Made by a program: the position numbers and the translations under genes. A DNA stretch of 64,000 nt, from positions 3,220 to 67,219 of the forward strand of contig DAOULT010000092.1 of assembly GCA_034417895.1 (NCBI GenBank). Reading direction: 5' to 3'. Below, one piece after another: positions 1 through 8,325 of the stretch. The stretch is from Anaerolineae bacterium (GTDB lineage Bacteria > Chloroflexota > Anaerolineae > CAZYHC01). The notes under the pieces were generated by a model, which had not been told where the DNA came from, searched no databases, and worked only from the letters and a program-made list of their open reading frames with translations. How positions within the stretch are numbered: position 1 is the stretch's first letter; every line of letters begins with the position of its first letter.

Positions 1-1
1 C

Positions 2-1159
2 CAATCGCTGGTGGAGATGCTGAACGAGGTAGAGGAAAATCGTTTCATCCTCCTGGAATATGTGTACGCTCTGAAGGAACAGCCTCTTGAGATAGTCAGG
101 GTCATCATGGACACTATGCGGGGGCTGGAAGGGGAACGTACAATAGAGCCTTTGCGTCTTCTGGCCCAGGACGAACGACGGCCCGTAGCCCAGGAAGCCA
201 TCTACCTGTTAGGCACTATTCGTTCCCCACGGGCGGTCAAAGCTCTACAGACCCTTTCACCGACCGTCGCTCCCGACTTTCAACCGCTCGTCGAGCGTTC
301 GGTGCGTAAGCTAAGCCTGAGCGGGGTGCCGGTCGAACCCCTGCCCCCTCCCGATCAACATTGGAGGGCGCTGATCAGTCCTGTGGACGGTCAGGGCAAT
401 CAAAGTCTATGGTTCATTTATCATGCGCCCCCCCAGAAAACGTGTCGCTTTCTGGCCGTGCTGCTCGACGATCACCTGGGACTCAAGAGCGCCTTTGGCG
501 ACGAAGAGGCTCCGACCGAGCGCTTTCCGGCCCGAAAGCCCGTCGGGGTGGTGCATTTCTTCACTATGGCCGAGACGGGACTGATGATGCTGGAGACGGA
601 TTTCGAGTACGGTCGTCGTCTGGTGCTGGAGGGGCTGCAACGTAACTGGGCCACAGGCACGCCCCTGCCCCCGGAATACTGTCTGCTGAACGATCTGCTG
701 TGGAGGTATGACTGTCCTGAAACACTATACCGCCCACAGTTGCCCGTCCTGGAGGGCCAGCCGGGCCACACGGTCGAGGAGATGCTGCCTTATACCACTG
801 CCTTGCTCGATCATCCGGCTTTTGCCAATTGGTTCCTACAGAGTGAACTGGTTTACCGCGCCACCGTGAAGATGCTGACTCAACCCTCCTGGGAGGGAGA
901 TGCGTTCCAGGGAAAAGAGGGGCTTGAGTACCTGATCAAAAGCTACTTTGATGATACAACCGTCGCTCTCTATCGCAGCCGCCTGGAAGCCATGAGCGAG
1001 TGGCTGACGCGGGCGCAGGATGACCAGATGGCCAGGCTGGCCCTGGTCGCCGCTCTGGCCCTGGACGAAGTGCCGACGGAAAACCACCCCTTGCTGGTGC
1101 GCCTGATCGAGCGCGAATTGAAGAGCATCATTGATACTCAACTCGTCTCTGAGGTTTGA
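2..1159 (+). CDS. hypothetical protein, 5' end probably outside the window (possible HEAT/ARM-like helical repeats)
   Basis: ORF 11..1159 begins with GTG at 11 but the frame stays open back to position 2. Coding potential is GC-rich. No recognisable catalytic motif. Confidence 0.45.
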   Translation, partial: QSLVEMLNEVEENRFILLEYVYALKEQPLEIVRVIMDTMRGLEGERTIEPLRLLAQDERRPVAQEAIYLLGTIRSPRAVKALQTLSPTVAPDFQPLVERSVRKLSLSGVPVEPLPPPDQHWRALISPVDGQGNQSLWFIYHAPPQKTCRFLAVLLDDHLGLKSAFGDEEAPTERFPARKPVGVVHFFTMAETGLMMLETDFEYGRRLVLEGLQRNWATGTPLPPEYCLLNDLLWRYDCPETLYRPQLPVLEGQPGHTVEEMLPYTTALLDHPAFANWFLQSELVYRATVKMLTQPSWEGDAFQGKEGLEYLIKSYFDDTTVALYRSRLEAMSEWLTRAQDDQMARLALVAALALDEVPTENHPLLVRLIERELKSIIDTQLVSEV

Positions 1160-1202
1160 TTACGAATTGGAGATCGACTAAACTATATTTTTGGAGGTGA
1201 AC

Positions 1203-1397
1203 ATGCCACACTTAGGTTTGCCAGAGCTGATCATCATTCTGGTGATCATCGTCATCATCTTTGGCGTGGGAAGACTGGGGGAGATCGGCGGCGCTCTGGG
1301 CAGGGGTATCCGCGAGTTTCGCCGAGCTTCATCCAGTCCGGATGAAGAAGAGGAAAGCGGGACAACACCCACCCTCGAAGATAGTAAAGAGGCCTGA
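1203..1397 (+). CDS. tatA: twin-arginine translocase subunit TatA/E
   Basis: [42 protein letters not shown] has the typical TatA N-terminal TM helix plus amphipathic helix, with an acidic C-tail. GGAGGTG RBS lies 3 nt upstream of ATG 1203; the TTG at 1191 given in the ORF track is rejected. Confidence 0.85.
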   Translation: MPHLGLPELIIILVIIVIIFGVGRLGEIGGALGRGIREFRRASSSPDEEEESGTTPTLEDSKEA

Positions 1398-1448
1398 ACC
1401 GTCGCGGCTCGGAAGTGATATTTTAAGAGGAGCCCCTTCGTCAGCGAA

Positions 1449-1509
1449 CGGTCAACGGATTCAAAAACGGATCGAACGGGTGTGAATCCGTTCCAGAATC
1501 CGTTGACCG
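1449..1509. terminator. inverted repeat GGTCAACGGATTC...GAATCCGTTGACC between convergent tatA and carbamoyltransferase; candidate bidirectional terminator
   Basis: 13-14 bp perfect dyad seen directly in the sequence. A nested ACGGAT/ATCCGT hairpin lies between the arms. It sits in the 200-bp gap between two convergent stop codons. Confidence 0.4.
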
Positions 1510-1601
1510 CTTGCCCCACCCGACAAAATCAACTGCTAGAGACAGGCCATTGCCCCCCAGGCCAGGGGCGGCAACGGTTGTCCCCTTACCTGCCCCATGC
1601 G

Positions 1602-2615
1602 CTATGTGCGCCCCATCGTCAAGGCCATTATCGCTTTTTGAACGTGGAGCCGGTTTTCGGCCACGTCGTAGATGACGGACCGCGGGCCACTGGCTACCTG
1701 GTCGGTCACTTCGTGGCCGCGATCAACAGGCATGGGGTGAGTGAAGAGGCCGTTATCGGTAAGCTTCATCTTTTCCTGGTCACATATCCACTGCGGGTAC
1801 TTGAGGGCCTGCTCAATTTCTTCCTGCTTGTGAAACTGACCGTCTCTATAGGCCCGGGGACTCATCCAGTGACGGGAGTAAACTACGTGCGCTCCTTCGT
1901 AACCGGCCCGCTCGTCGTGGGTGATCTCGAAGGCGGCCCCATTTTGAGCGCAGTTGGCCCTGGTGTAGTCGATGACCTGGGGGTCCAGATCGTAGCCTTC
2001 GGGATGAGCCAGGGCCACGTCCATCCCAAAGCGAGAACCGATCAGTAACGCCTCCTGGACGCTGCACCAGGAACGGGCCAAAGCCCCATGGCCCCAGGTG
2101 ACGAGCAATTTCTGGCCCTTGAGATCGTGTCCCAGGCGTTCCCGCCAGCCCATCAGATCGGCCAGGCCCTGGCAAGGATGAAACTTGTCGTGGGCCATGG
2201 AGATAACGGGAATAGAGGCCCAGTGGGCATATTCGCGCAGCAGTTCCTCCCCGGCCCCATAATAGGGCACCTTATCCTCCAGGATCCGAACGCCCAGACC
2301 GGCCGCGTAACGGCTCATCACCTGGGCGGCATCTTCTACCGTCTCTCCGGCAGTGGCGGCCGTTTTCAGGCGCATGGCCCCTGGCTCCAAAAACTGAGCG
2401 TGCCCACCCAGCTCTGTGGCCGCACACTCGAAGGATTGACGGGTGCGCACCGAGGGATTGTAGAAGAACATGAAAAAGGTTTTGCTCTTCAGGATTTCAA
2501 GGTGCTGAGGGGCGAACCGGTCACGCTTCATTTCCATTGCCAGGGCCAGAACGGCCTCTAATTCTTCGATTGTCCAATCCTGGGTGACGATCAGGTCTCG
2601 TCCGTGAAGGTCCAT
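1602..2615 (-). CDS. carbamoyltransferase of the OTCase/ATCase superfamily; substrate uncertain
   Basis: SVRTRQSFE matches the STRTR carbamoyl-phosphate motif and HPCQ matches the HPxQ motif. A THPMP variant replaces HCLP. Length is ~338 aa. GGAGGA RBS precedes the MDLHGRDL start at 2615; the 15 upstream codons in the ORF track are probably not translated. Confidence 0.75.
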   Translation of the reverse strand: MDLHGRDLIVTQDWTIEELEAVLALAMEMKRDRFAPQHLEILKSKTFFMFFYNPSVRTRQSFECAATELGGHAQFLEPGAMRLKTAATAGETVEDAAQVMSRYAAGLGVRILEDKVPYYGAGEELLREYAHWASIPVISMAHDKFHPCQGLADLMGWRERLGHDLKGQKLLVTWGHGALARSWCSVQEALLIGSRFGMDVALAHPEGYDLDPQVIDYTRANCAQNGAAFEITHDERAGYEGAHVVYSRHWMSPRAYRDGQFHKQEEIEQALKYPQWICDQEKMKLTDNGLFTHPMPVDRGHEVTDQVASGPRSVIYDVAENRLHVQKAIMALTMGRT

Positions 2616-2726
2616 TTTCGTTTCCTCCATCCTCTCTCCATTCTCTGCGTATTCTATCACGTTTGGCCCTGGATTTCAAGCGCGGAGAAATACGAGAGAA
2701 AAGATAACCCCTGGCGGCGAAGCCGA

Positions 2727-4748
2727 TCATGCTTTCAGCAGGATGAGAACCTGTATCCCGCTCAACAGAGCCACTCCCCCCAAAGCCACCCACAGGCGCC
2801 GGTCTCCCCACTGTCGGCCATCCTTCTCCTCCACGACCGTGACCCTCAGACGTTGGTCGGTTCTCAGGCTCCCCCGATAGTCCACCGCCCCGTCTTCCTG
2901 TTGGAGGGCTGGAGATATCGCCTGCCCCGATCCACAATCCGTGACATCCGTGACCAAAATCCGTGTCTGTCCTTCAGCCTCCATCCTGACCCGCAGCGGG
3001 ATAGCCGCCGTGCCTGGTTGCTTTTGCAGCAGGAGATCGTAGTCGTCGGAGAGACGTACAGCGGTCGGCAGCTCGTAGGTGAAGCTCAAGCGCCCCTCCT
3101 GGCCGGCAGGCAATACGAAAAAGGCCGCAAAGACTTCTTTATCGCCCTCCCTGAACACGTCCGCCAGGTCCGCTTTCTCCAGGTTGTGCTCGAAGGCCAC
3201 CAGGTGGCTGCCCTGGGGCACGTAAAGGCGCACGTAGTCCCAGTAACAATCCTCCATCATCTCCTGATAGGTATCCTCATAGCCAGCCTCCTGGATGCAT
3301 CCCTCTGGCCGGGGGGCGCTGCGGTTACGATAAAGGAGCGTCACCTGGCCCACGCCGCGATCTTCTTTCAGGACGATCCGATATTCGATCTCCTGCTCAA
3401 TATTGGCATTAACCTTATTGAACCCCACGTTGGCGTCCACGACCAGCAGGTAATCGCCCTCAGTCCGTTGGAGCGCTCCATCCCAGCCGTTTTCAGCCAG
3501 CAGCGCGGCCACAGTTGGCTCGTCCAGGTAGATCAGGATGTGTTTTTCCCTCAGCCCCCGCTCCCAGGCCCTCAGCAGACCGACTGTCAGCTTTGCTTCC
3601 ATCAGCGTGGTTTCCAGATGGGAGGCTATGGCCTTGAACAGCTCTCCCATGAAGTCTTTGCGATGATTCCACCAATCGCTGTTTTCTCTGTCTGTGACCG
3701 GGGCCGCATTTAGAGGGGCGGCCCAGTAATGTTGCAGAAGGGCCTGAACGTTAGCGGCGTCCACCTGCTGAGGAGTTTCCATCTCGATGGGGCCTGTCGC
3801 TTCCAGGGTGTAGCGCAGGGCCGCCAGGTCTACGGCTATCACCCCGTCCACCTCCACTCCCCGATCCAGTTTATACATTTCCTGGGCGGCGCGGGCCGTG
3901 GTCGGAAAATCCGGCGACCAGTTTACGTCACGGAGGACCCACATGCCGGCCTGCATGTAGCGGGTCAGGGCTTCCGGCGGGGGCGGGTGAGGGACGCTCC
4001 GGTCATCGACGCTATAACTATCCTCAAACTCCAGCTCCACGATGCGCCCTCCCTCCAGACGCAAGAGGCCCACGCCGCTGATGAAACCGCCTGTGGGCCG
4101 CAACTCGTCTCCGTTCTGGGCCAGGATCAGGTAGGTACGCGGGCCAGAAGCCCCCCACAGATCGGGGGCCAGGATCAGACCTTGTATAGCCGTCTGCAAA
4201 AGAGGCAGGTACTCATCTACCTCCCCCACCAGCCCGGCCACAGGGGGCGAAAGCCGGGCCAGGTGCACCGCCCGACGTTCCTCCAGAGCCTCGTCCAGCA
4301 TCTTCTGGGCCTGCTCGAAGGCAGGGCGGGCGGCAACCAGGCTGGCTAACAGGTCGGGGGCGGACGTATTCTCCAGGGGCCTGGCATCTCTGCGCCAACT
4401 GCTCAGAAGCGTTTCGCCGCTGTCCGCCAGGGCCAGGGCCATATTCAGCAGGTGAGGGGCCGCTTCCACGTCTCCGCCGATCAGGGGCAGCCAGCCCAGA
4501 TAAAGGCTAAGGGACAGCAGCGGGCCAGCTTCATCCCCGATAGCCAGGAGATCAGCGCGGGCCAACGCCAGATCGTGGCGGGCCGTTTCGGGATCGCTGG
4601 CCGAAAGAAGAGCCTGTAGATGTCCCTCTGCGGCAGAGAGGCGCTGGTGGATGACCACGTACCTGGCATAACCGTAGAAAAGGCACCCTCCCCCTATCAG
4701 GACGAAGAGCAACAAGATAGCCAGCCCTACCCATTTCCCCATTCCCAT
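2727..4748 (-). CDS. membrane-anchored hypothetical protein, 673 aa (N-terminal TM, large extracytoplasmic domain; possibly DUF4012-like)
   Basis: A single N-terminal hydrophobic helix, WVGLAILLLFVLIGGGCLFYGY, followed by a ~640-aa soluble region with no recognisable catalytic motif. It sits at the edge of the glycan island. Confidence 0.45.
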   Translation of the reverse strand: MGMGKWVGLAILLLFVLIGGGCLFYGYARYVVIHQRLSAAEGHLQALLSASDPETARHDLALARADLLAIGDEAGPLLSLSLYLGWLPLIGGDVEAAPHLLNMALALADSGETLLSSWRRDARPLENTSAPDLLASLVAARPAFEQAQKMLDEALEERRAVHLARLSPPVAGLVGEVDEYLPLLQTAIQGLILAPDLWGASGPRTYLILAQNGDELRPTGGFISGVGLLRLEGGRIVELEFEDSYSVDDRSVPHPPPPEALTRYMQAGMWVLRDVNWSPDFPTTARAAQEMYKLDRGVEVDGVIAVDLAALRYTLEATGPIEMETPQQVDAANVQALLQHYWAAPLNAAPVTDRENSDWWNHRKDFMGELFKAIASHLETTLMEAKLTVGLLRAWERGLREKHILIYLDEPTVAALLAENGWDGALQRTEGDYLLVVDANVGFNKVNANIEQEIEYRIVLKEDRGVGQVTLLYRNRSAPRPEGCIQEAGYEDTYQEMMEDCYWDYVRLYVPQGSHLVAFEHNLEKADLADVFREGDKEVFAAFFVLPAGQEGRLSFTYELPTAVRLSDDYDLLLQKQPGTAAIPLRVRMEAEGQTRILVTDVTDCGSGQAISPALQQEDGAVDYRGSLRTDQRLRVTVVEEKDGRQWGDRRLWVALGGVALLSGIQVLILLKA

Positions 4749-4788
4749 TTCATTCTCTCTGAATTTTCACCACAGTGATTATGATGGG

Positions 4789-4853
4789 TTCGTAGTGGCG
4801 ACTTCAGTCGCTTCTTCCGTTTCAACAACGACTAAAGTCGTTACTACAAGCTA
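4789..4853. repeat. REP-like palindromic element family P2 (GTAGTG.CGACT...AGTCG..ACTAC), composite copy
   Basis: gttcgtagtggcgacttcagtcgc...aacgactaaagtcgttactacaagc. Confidence 0.5.
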
Positions 4854-4916
4854 TCAAAATCTGTGTGATGGAGTACCAAGAATATAAAGTCTTTGTGCTC
4901 TTAGTGCTCTTTATGG

Positions 4917-5690
4917 TTAATCCTTCTCGAAAGGCTCAACATTCACCAGGGCCGGACGTAGAACTAAAGCGACGTAGCTCAGGAACGTAACCCAGAATAG
5001 CAGCAGAGCTAACAAGGCCCAGGGTATTCCAGGCGCGCCGGTGGTCGGCAACCAGGTGTGAGGTAGATAGATAGTGGCTACGTTCGAGTCGATCGTTGTC
5101 CCGTCGTAGGTCAGCCTGGATTGGAGATAGACTGTCGTGCCTGGGCTGGCGTCGTGGCGCACCAGGCCCTTGATGTTGATCACCGCCTCCCTGCCAGGGG
5201 CGATAGTGCCCAGATTGGCCGTGACGATGCTGCCCCCCCCCGGACTGCGAAGCGGCGCGCTCAACCCTCTGACCTTTGACGACGAGCCTGATGAGAACTG
5301 GGATGGGACCTGGGCCGGGGCAATGAGGCCGGCCGTAGTCTCCAGGGTTACGGTCACTACTCCCTGGGTGGTGGTGACCTGTTCGACGATCAGAGGATCG
5401 ACTATGGGAATGGTGACGAAAACGTTCCTCATGTCCTGAGCATAGATGTTGGTCACTCTGATGATGACGATCAGCGGGTCGCCGGGAGCGGCTGTGCGTC
5501 GGCTGGCTTCGACGGTGATCGGCCCGATAATTGTCTGACGCCGCGCCTCCTGGGCAGGGGTGGCCCACACCGCCATCCCCGACAGCGACCAGAAAACAAT
5601 CGTCAGGCCAATAGCGGCCAGGAAAAGCGCCGCCCAGTAGTAACGACTCAAGTCGTTACCACGCAACCTGTAATCCTTCCAGTTGTTCAC
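4917..5690 (-). CDS. secreted cell-surface protein with C-terminal LPXTG-type sorting signal (LPTTG + TM + charged tail)
   Basis: N-terminal signal peptide, WAALFLAAIGLTIVFWSLSGMAVWA-TPAQ. Beta-rich repeats in the middle. C-terminus reads ...HTWLPTTGAPGIPWALLALLLFWVTFLSYVALVLRPALVN. The true start may lie downstream of the annotated M, because the first codons overlap a palindromic repeat. Confidence 0.6.
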   Translation of the reverse strand: MNNWKDYRLRGNDLSRYYWAALFLAAIGLTIVFWSLSGMAVWATPAQEARRQTIIGPITVEASRRTAAPGDPLIVIIRVTNIYAQDMRNVFVTIPIVDPLIVEQVTTTQGVVTVTLETTAGLIAPAQVPSQFSSGSSSKVRGLSAPLRSPGGGSIVTANLGTIAPGREAVINIKGLVRHDASPGTTVYLQSRLTYDGTTIDSNVATIYLPHTWLPTTGAPGIPWALLALLLFWVTFLSYVALVLRPALVNVEPFEKD

Positions 5691-5767
5691 GATAGATTTC
5701 CCCCTACGAAATGTATAATGGTCTTGATAAATTTGGGGATTGTACGATCAATGGCCTGCTGCTAAAC

Positions 5768-6574
5768 TCACTGGCTCAATTTGGCGATAATGATCAGGCG
5801 ATGGGTGTTGCCCGAATAGGGCCAGCAACTAATCAAGGTCAGAGTCGGGTCAGGGGTGTGGCCCATGTACATCTGAGCGTGCGCCAGGCGTTCTTCCAGG
5901 GAAGCATCCGCTTCCGGGATGCGCAGGTTATCCTGAACCACGTAGCGGTAACTTTTTCCATCGACGGCGTGTAGGATGATTTCCGCCCCGCTCTTCAGAT
6001 CGACCAGCTTTTTGAAGACCTCACCTTTGATGTTGTGGTGGCCCGACATCACTACGTTGTCGTTCTCGCCCGGGTTGGCGCTGCTGTTGTGGTGGGCAAC
6101 GGCGTTCTCGGCTGTATCCCACACTCCCACTTTCACCCCATTGATCTCCACGATCTTCCAGCTGACCTCCACCACCCTGGCATCGACTCCGAGGGCCGGA
6201 ATGACGATCCTGGTGGCCGGCGGCAGTCGTCCTGGCGTGGGGACGGGAGTGGGGGTGGAGGTAGGCGGGAGCGGCGTGGGGGTCAGAGTTGAGGTGGGAG
6301 TTGGCGGCGCCGGGGTCAGCGTATTGGTAGCCGTGGCCGAAGGTTGGGGCCGCTGTGTGGCCGTAGGGCTGACGAGCATCTGCGTGGCGGCTTTGGCGCT
6401 CCGAGCGGGCTGGCCCTGCCATTGCAGATAGCTGAAAAGCACGGCCAGGATCACGGTGGCGGCTACCGCAAACAGGATCAGGATATTGGTCAGGGAGTTG
6501 AACCCTCCCCCTCCCTCTTTGCCAACCTTTGTCCGACCGACCAACCTGGCCGGTCCGCTTCGACTTGTTCTCAT
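5768..6574 (-). CDS. sortase family transpeptidase (TLxTC active site), membrane anchored with a Pro/Thr-rich linker
   Basis: N-terminal TM helix, then the linker TLTPAPPTPTSTLTPTPLPPTSTPTPVPTPG. The catalytic domain carries RIVIPALGVDARVVE and the Cys motif TLTLISCWPY (TLxTC). It sits next to the LPTTG substrate. Confidence 0.75.
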   Translation of the reverse strand: MRTSRSGPARLVGRTKVGKEGGGGFNSLTNILILFAVAATVILAVLFSYLQWQGQPARSAKAATQMLVSPTATQRPQPSATATNTLTPAPPTPTSTLTPTPLPPTSTPTPVPTPGRLPPATRIVIPALGVDARVVEVSWKIVEINGVKVGVWDTAENAVAHHNSSANPGENDNVVMSGHHNIKGEVFKKLVDLKSGAEIILHAVDGKSYRYVVQDNLRIPEADASLEERLAHAQMYMGHTPDPTLTLISCWPYSGNTHRLIIIAKLSQ

Positions 6575-6632
6575 TTACGTTTCCTCCCTATCTGCTTCTG
6601 ATCCGTTCGATTCGCTCATGCGTGTTCTGCTT

Positions 6633-8225
6633 TCACTTAAGCGCGTACGATTTTCGCTTGCGGTGTCGTTTTTTTGTCCGATCTTGATGCTGGTAGTAAT
6701 AATAGTAGTAGTAGCCGGCCGCCTTGTTGGCCGATAGTTTGTTCAAAGCCACGCCCAGGATGTTAGCTCCTACCTTGTTGAGATTCTCTTTGGCCCGGCG
6801 GATGGCCTCGCGACGGGTGGTGCTGGCCTCGATCACCAGCAAGGCGCCGTCTACCATGCTGGCTATCACCGCCGCATCGGTGACGGCCAGCATGGGCGGG
6901 CTGTCGAAAATAACGATGTCGGCCCGCTCCTGGAGATGCTGGATCAGACGCCGCATCCGGGCCGATCCCAAAAGCTCCGAGGGGTTGGGAGGCAGGGGGC
7001 CGCTGGTCAACACCTGCAAGTTGGCGATGCGGGTGGTCTGCAAGTGTCTGTCGGGCACGGGGTCCTGATGCAGCAACACGTTGGTCAAGCCCACCGTGTT
7101 GGGGAGATCGAAGATCTCGTGCAGGACGGGCCGGCGCAGGTCGGTGTCCACCATGATGACCGACAGGCCAGCCTGGGCGATGACCACCCCCAGATTGGCT
7201 ACCGTAACGCTCTTACCCTCCAGCGGGTTGGCGCTGGTGACCAGCAGGGTGCTCAAAGGGCTATCGAAGGAAGAGAACTGGATGTTGGTGCGCAACACCC
7301 GATAAGCCTCGGAGATGGGCGATTTAGGATGAACGGCGGTAATGAGCCGTTGGCCGTTGGTGGAGACGTTGATGCGGGCGATGGCTCCCAGAGTGGAAAT
7401 GCCCACGGTCTGATCGACGTCTTCGGGATTCTTGACGGTATCATCCAGGTGCTCAATGAGGAAAGCTATCCCCAGAGTCAGGACGCCGCCGGCCACCACT
7501 GCCAGGAGAGTGTTGAGGAGGGGACGGGGAGCGATGGGATATAAGGGCACCTCAGCCGGTTCGGCCACGATGATGGTGTCGGTGCTCTCCATTTCGGCCA
7601 TGCGGATGGCCTCGAAGCTGCTGAGCAAAGCTGAGTAACTGTTGCGCATCTGGCTCAGCGTGTTTTGCAGACGGATCAACTCTGCCTGGTCCGCCCCTTC
7701 TCCGGCAGCCTGGAGAGTGGCAATCATCTGCTCCGTGTTTTGGATATCGCGGCTAAGACGGCTCATCTCCTGGTTAAGACTGGCCTTGGAGTCAGCGAAA
7801 CGGGCCGTCTGCCTGGCTTCATTCTGTTCCATGAAAACCTGGGTCAGAGCATTGGCTACCTGAGCAACCAGCACCGGATCGTGGTCCTCCACGCTTAGTT
7901 CGATGAGCTGGGTATCGCGCACAGGATGGACAGTGACGTTGGATTTCAGTTCCGTCAGGTTAAGACGCCTGCTCACTTCCTCAAAGACTGGCCGCTTGGT
8001 GAGCAGTTCGGCGTAAGTCTGGGCCAGACGTTCGCTGGTCAGCACCGAGGTATAATCGGTGGCCCCCGGACTGCGTCCTTCGTTGATCATCAAAGTGGTG
8101 GAGGCCCGGTAAACGGGAGGCAGATTGAGACTGACCCAGTAGGCTGTGCCTCCGGCCAGGAGAACCCCCAAAACAATGAGCCACAACCACCTCCAGATAA
8201 TGTTCAGATATTGACGGAGTTCCAT
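6633..8225 (-). CDS. polysaccharide co-polymerase / BY-family tyrosine autokinase (Wzc/EpsB-like)
   Basis: N-terminal TM and Wzz-like periplasmic domain, a second TM, then a CapB/MinD-type ATPase with Walker A (SANPLEGKSVTVANLG) and a C-terminal YYYYYYY tyrosine cluster followed by a basic tail. Confidence 0.8.
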   Translation of the reverse strand: MELRQYLNIIWRWLWLIVLGVLLAGGTAYWVSLNLPPVYRASTTLMINEGRSPGATDYTSVLTSERLAQTYAELLTKRPVFEEVSRRLNLTELKSNVTVHPVRDTQLIELSVEDHDPVLVAQVANALTQVFMEQNEARQTARFADSKASLNQEMSRLSRDIQNTEQMIATLQAAGEGADQAELIRLQNTLSQMRNSYSALLSSFEAIRMAEMESTDTIIVAEPAEVPLYPIAPRPLLNTLLAVVAGGVLTLGIAFLIEHLDDTVKNPEDVDQTVGISTLGAIARINVSTNGQRLITAVHPKSPISEAYRVLRTNIQFSSFDSPLSTLLVTSANPLEGKSVTVANLGVVIAQAGLSVIMVDTDLRRPVLHEIFDLPNTVGLTNVLLHQDPVPDRHLQTTRIANLQVLTSGPLPPNPSELLGSARMRRLIQHLQERADIVIFDSPPMLAVTDAAVIASMVDGALLVIEASTTRREAIRRAKENLNKVGANILGVALNKLSANKAAGYYYYYYYQHQDRTKKRHRKRKSYALK

Positions 8226-8285
8226 AATTTCTATTCCTCTTATCCTTTCTTAACTTTTCACCACAAAGGGCACCAGACGCTTCTA

Positions 8286-8322
8286 GAAAGCAGGTTTTTT
8301 CAGCAAAAAGCTAGTTTCTTTC
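8286..8322. repeat. palindromic intergenic element family P1 (degenerate copy)
   Basis: gaaagcaggttttttcagcaaaaagctagtttctttc. Confidence 0.5.
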
Positions 8323-8325
8323 AAT

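Noticed and set aside
1191-1202. TTG start at 1191 for tatA and extended N-termini for several genes in the ORF track (GT9, GT4, hddC, gmhB, transaldolase, dppD, DUF4160)
   Set aside because: Internal ATG or GTG codons preceded by good Shine-Dalgarno sequences, with N-termini that match the family, are far more plausible. The upstream extensions have no RBS and often overlap the neighbouring gene.
2604-3713. Long antisense ORFs in the six-frame track (e.g. 2604..3713 +, 10830..11759 +, 15787..16575 +, 19760..20458 +, 25265..26305 +, 41581..42537 +, 48692..49375 +, 57430..58236 -)
   Set aside because: Each lies entirely inside a gene on the opposite strand that has clear family motifs and an RBS. 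At ~60% GC, stop-free shadow frames of 200-350 codons are expected. None carries a recognisable motif.
6690-6715. (TAG/TAA)n-like microsatellite 'gtagtaataatagtagtagtag'
   Set aside because: On the minus strand this tract encodes the YYYYYYY autophosphorylation cluster of the Wzc tyrosine kinase. It is a functional coding feature, not a neutral SSR or an assembly artefact.
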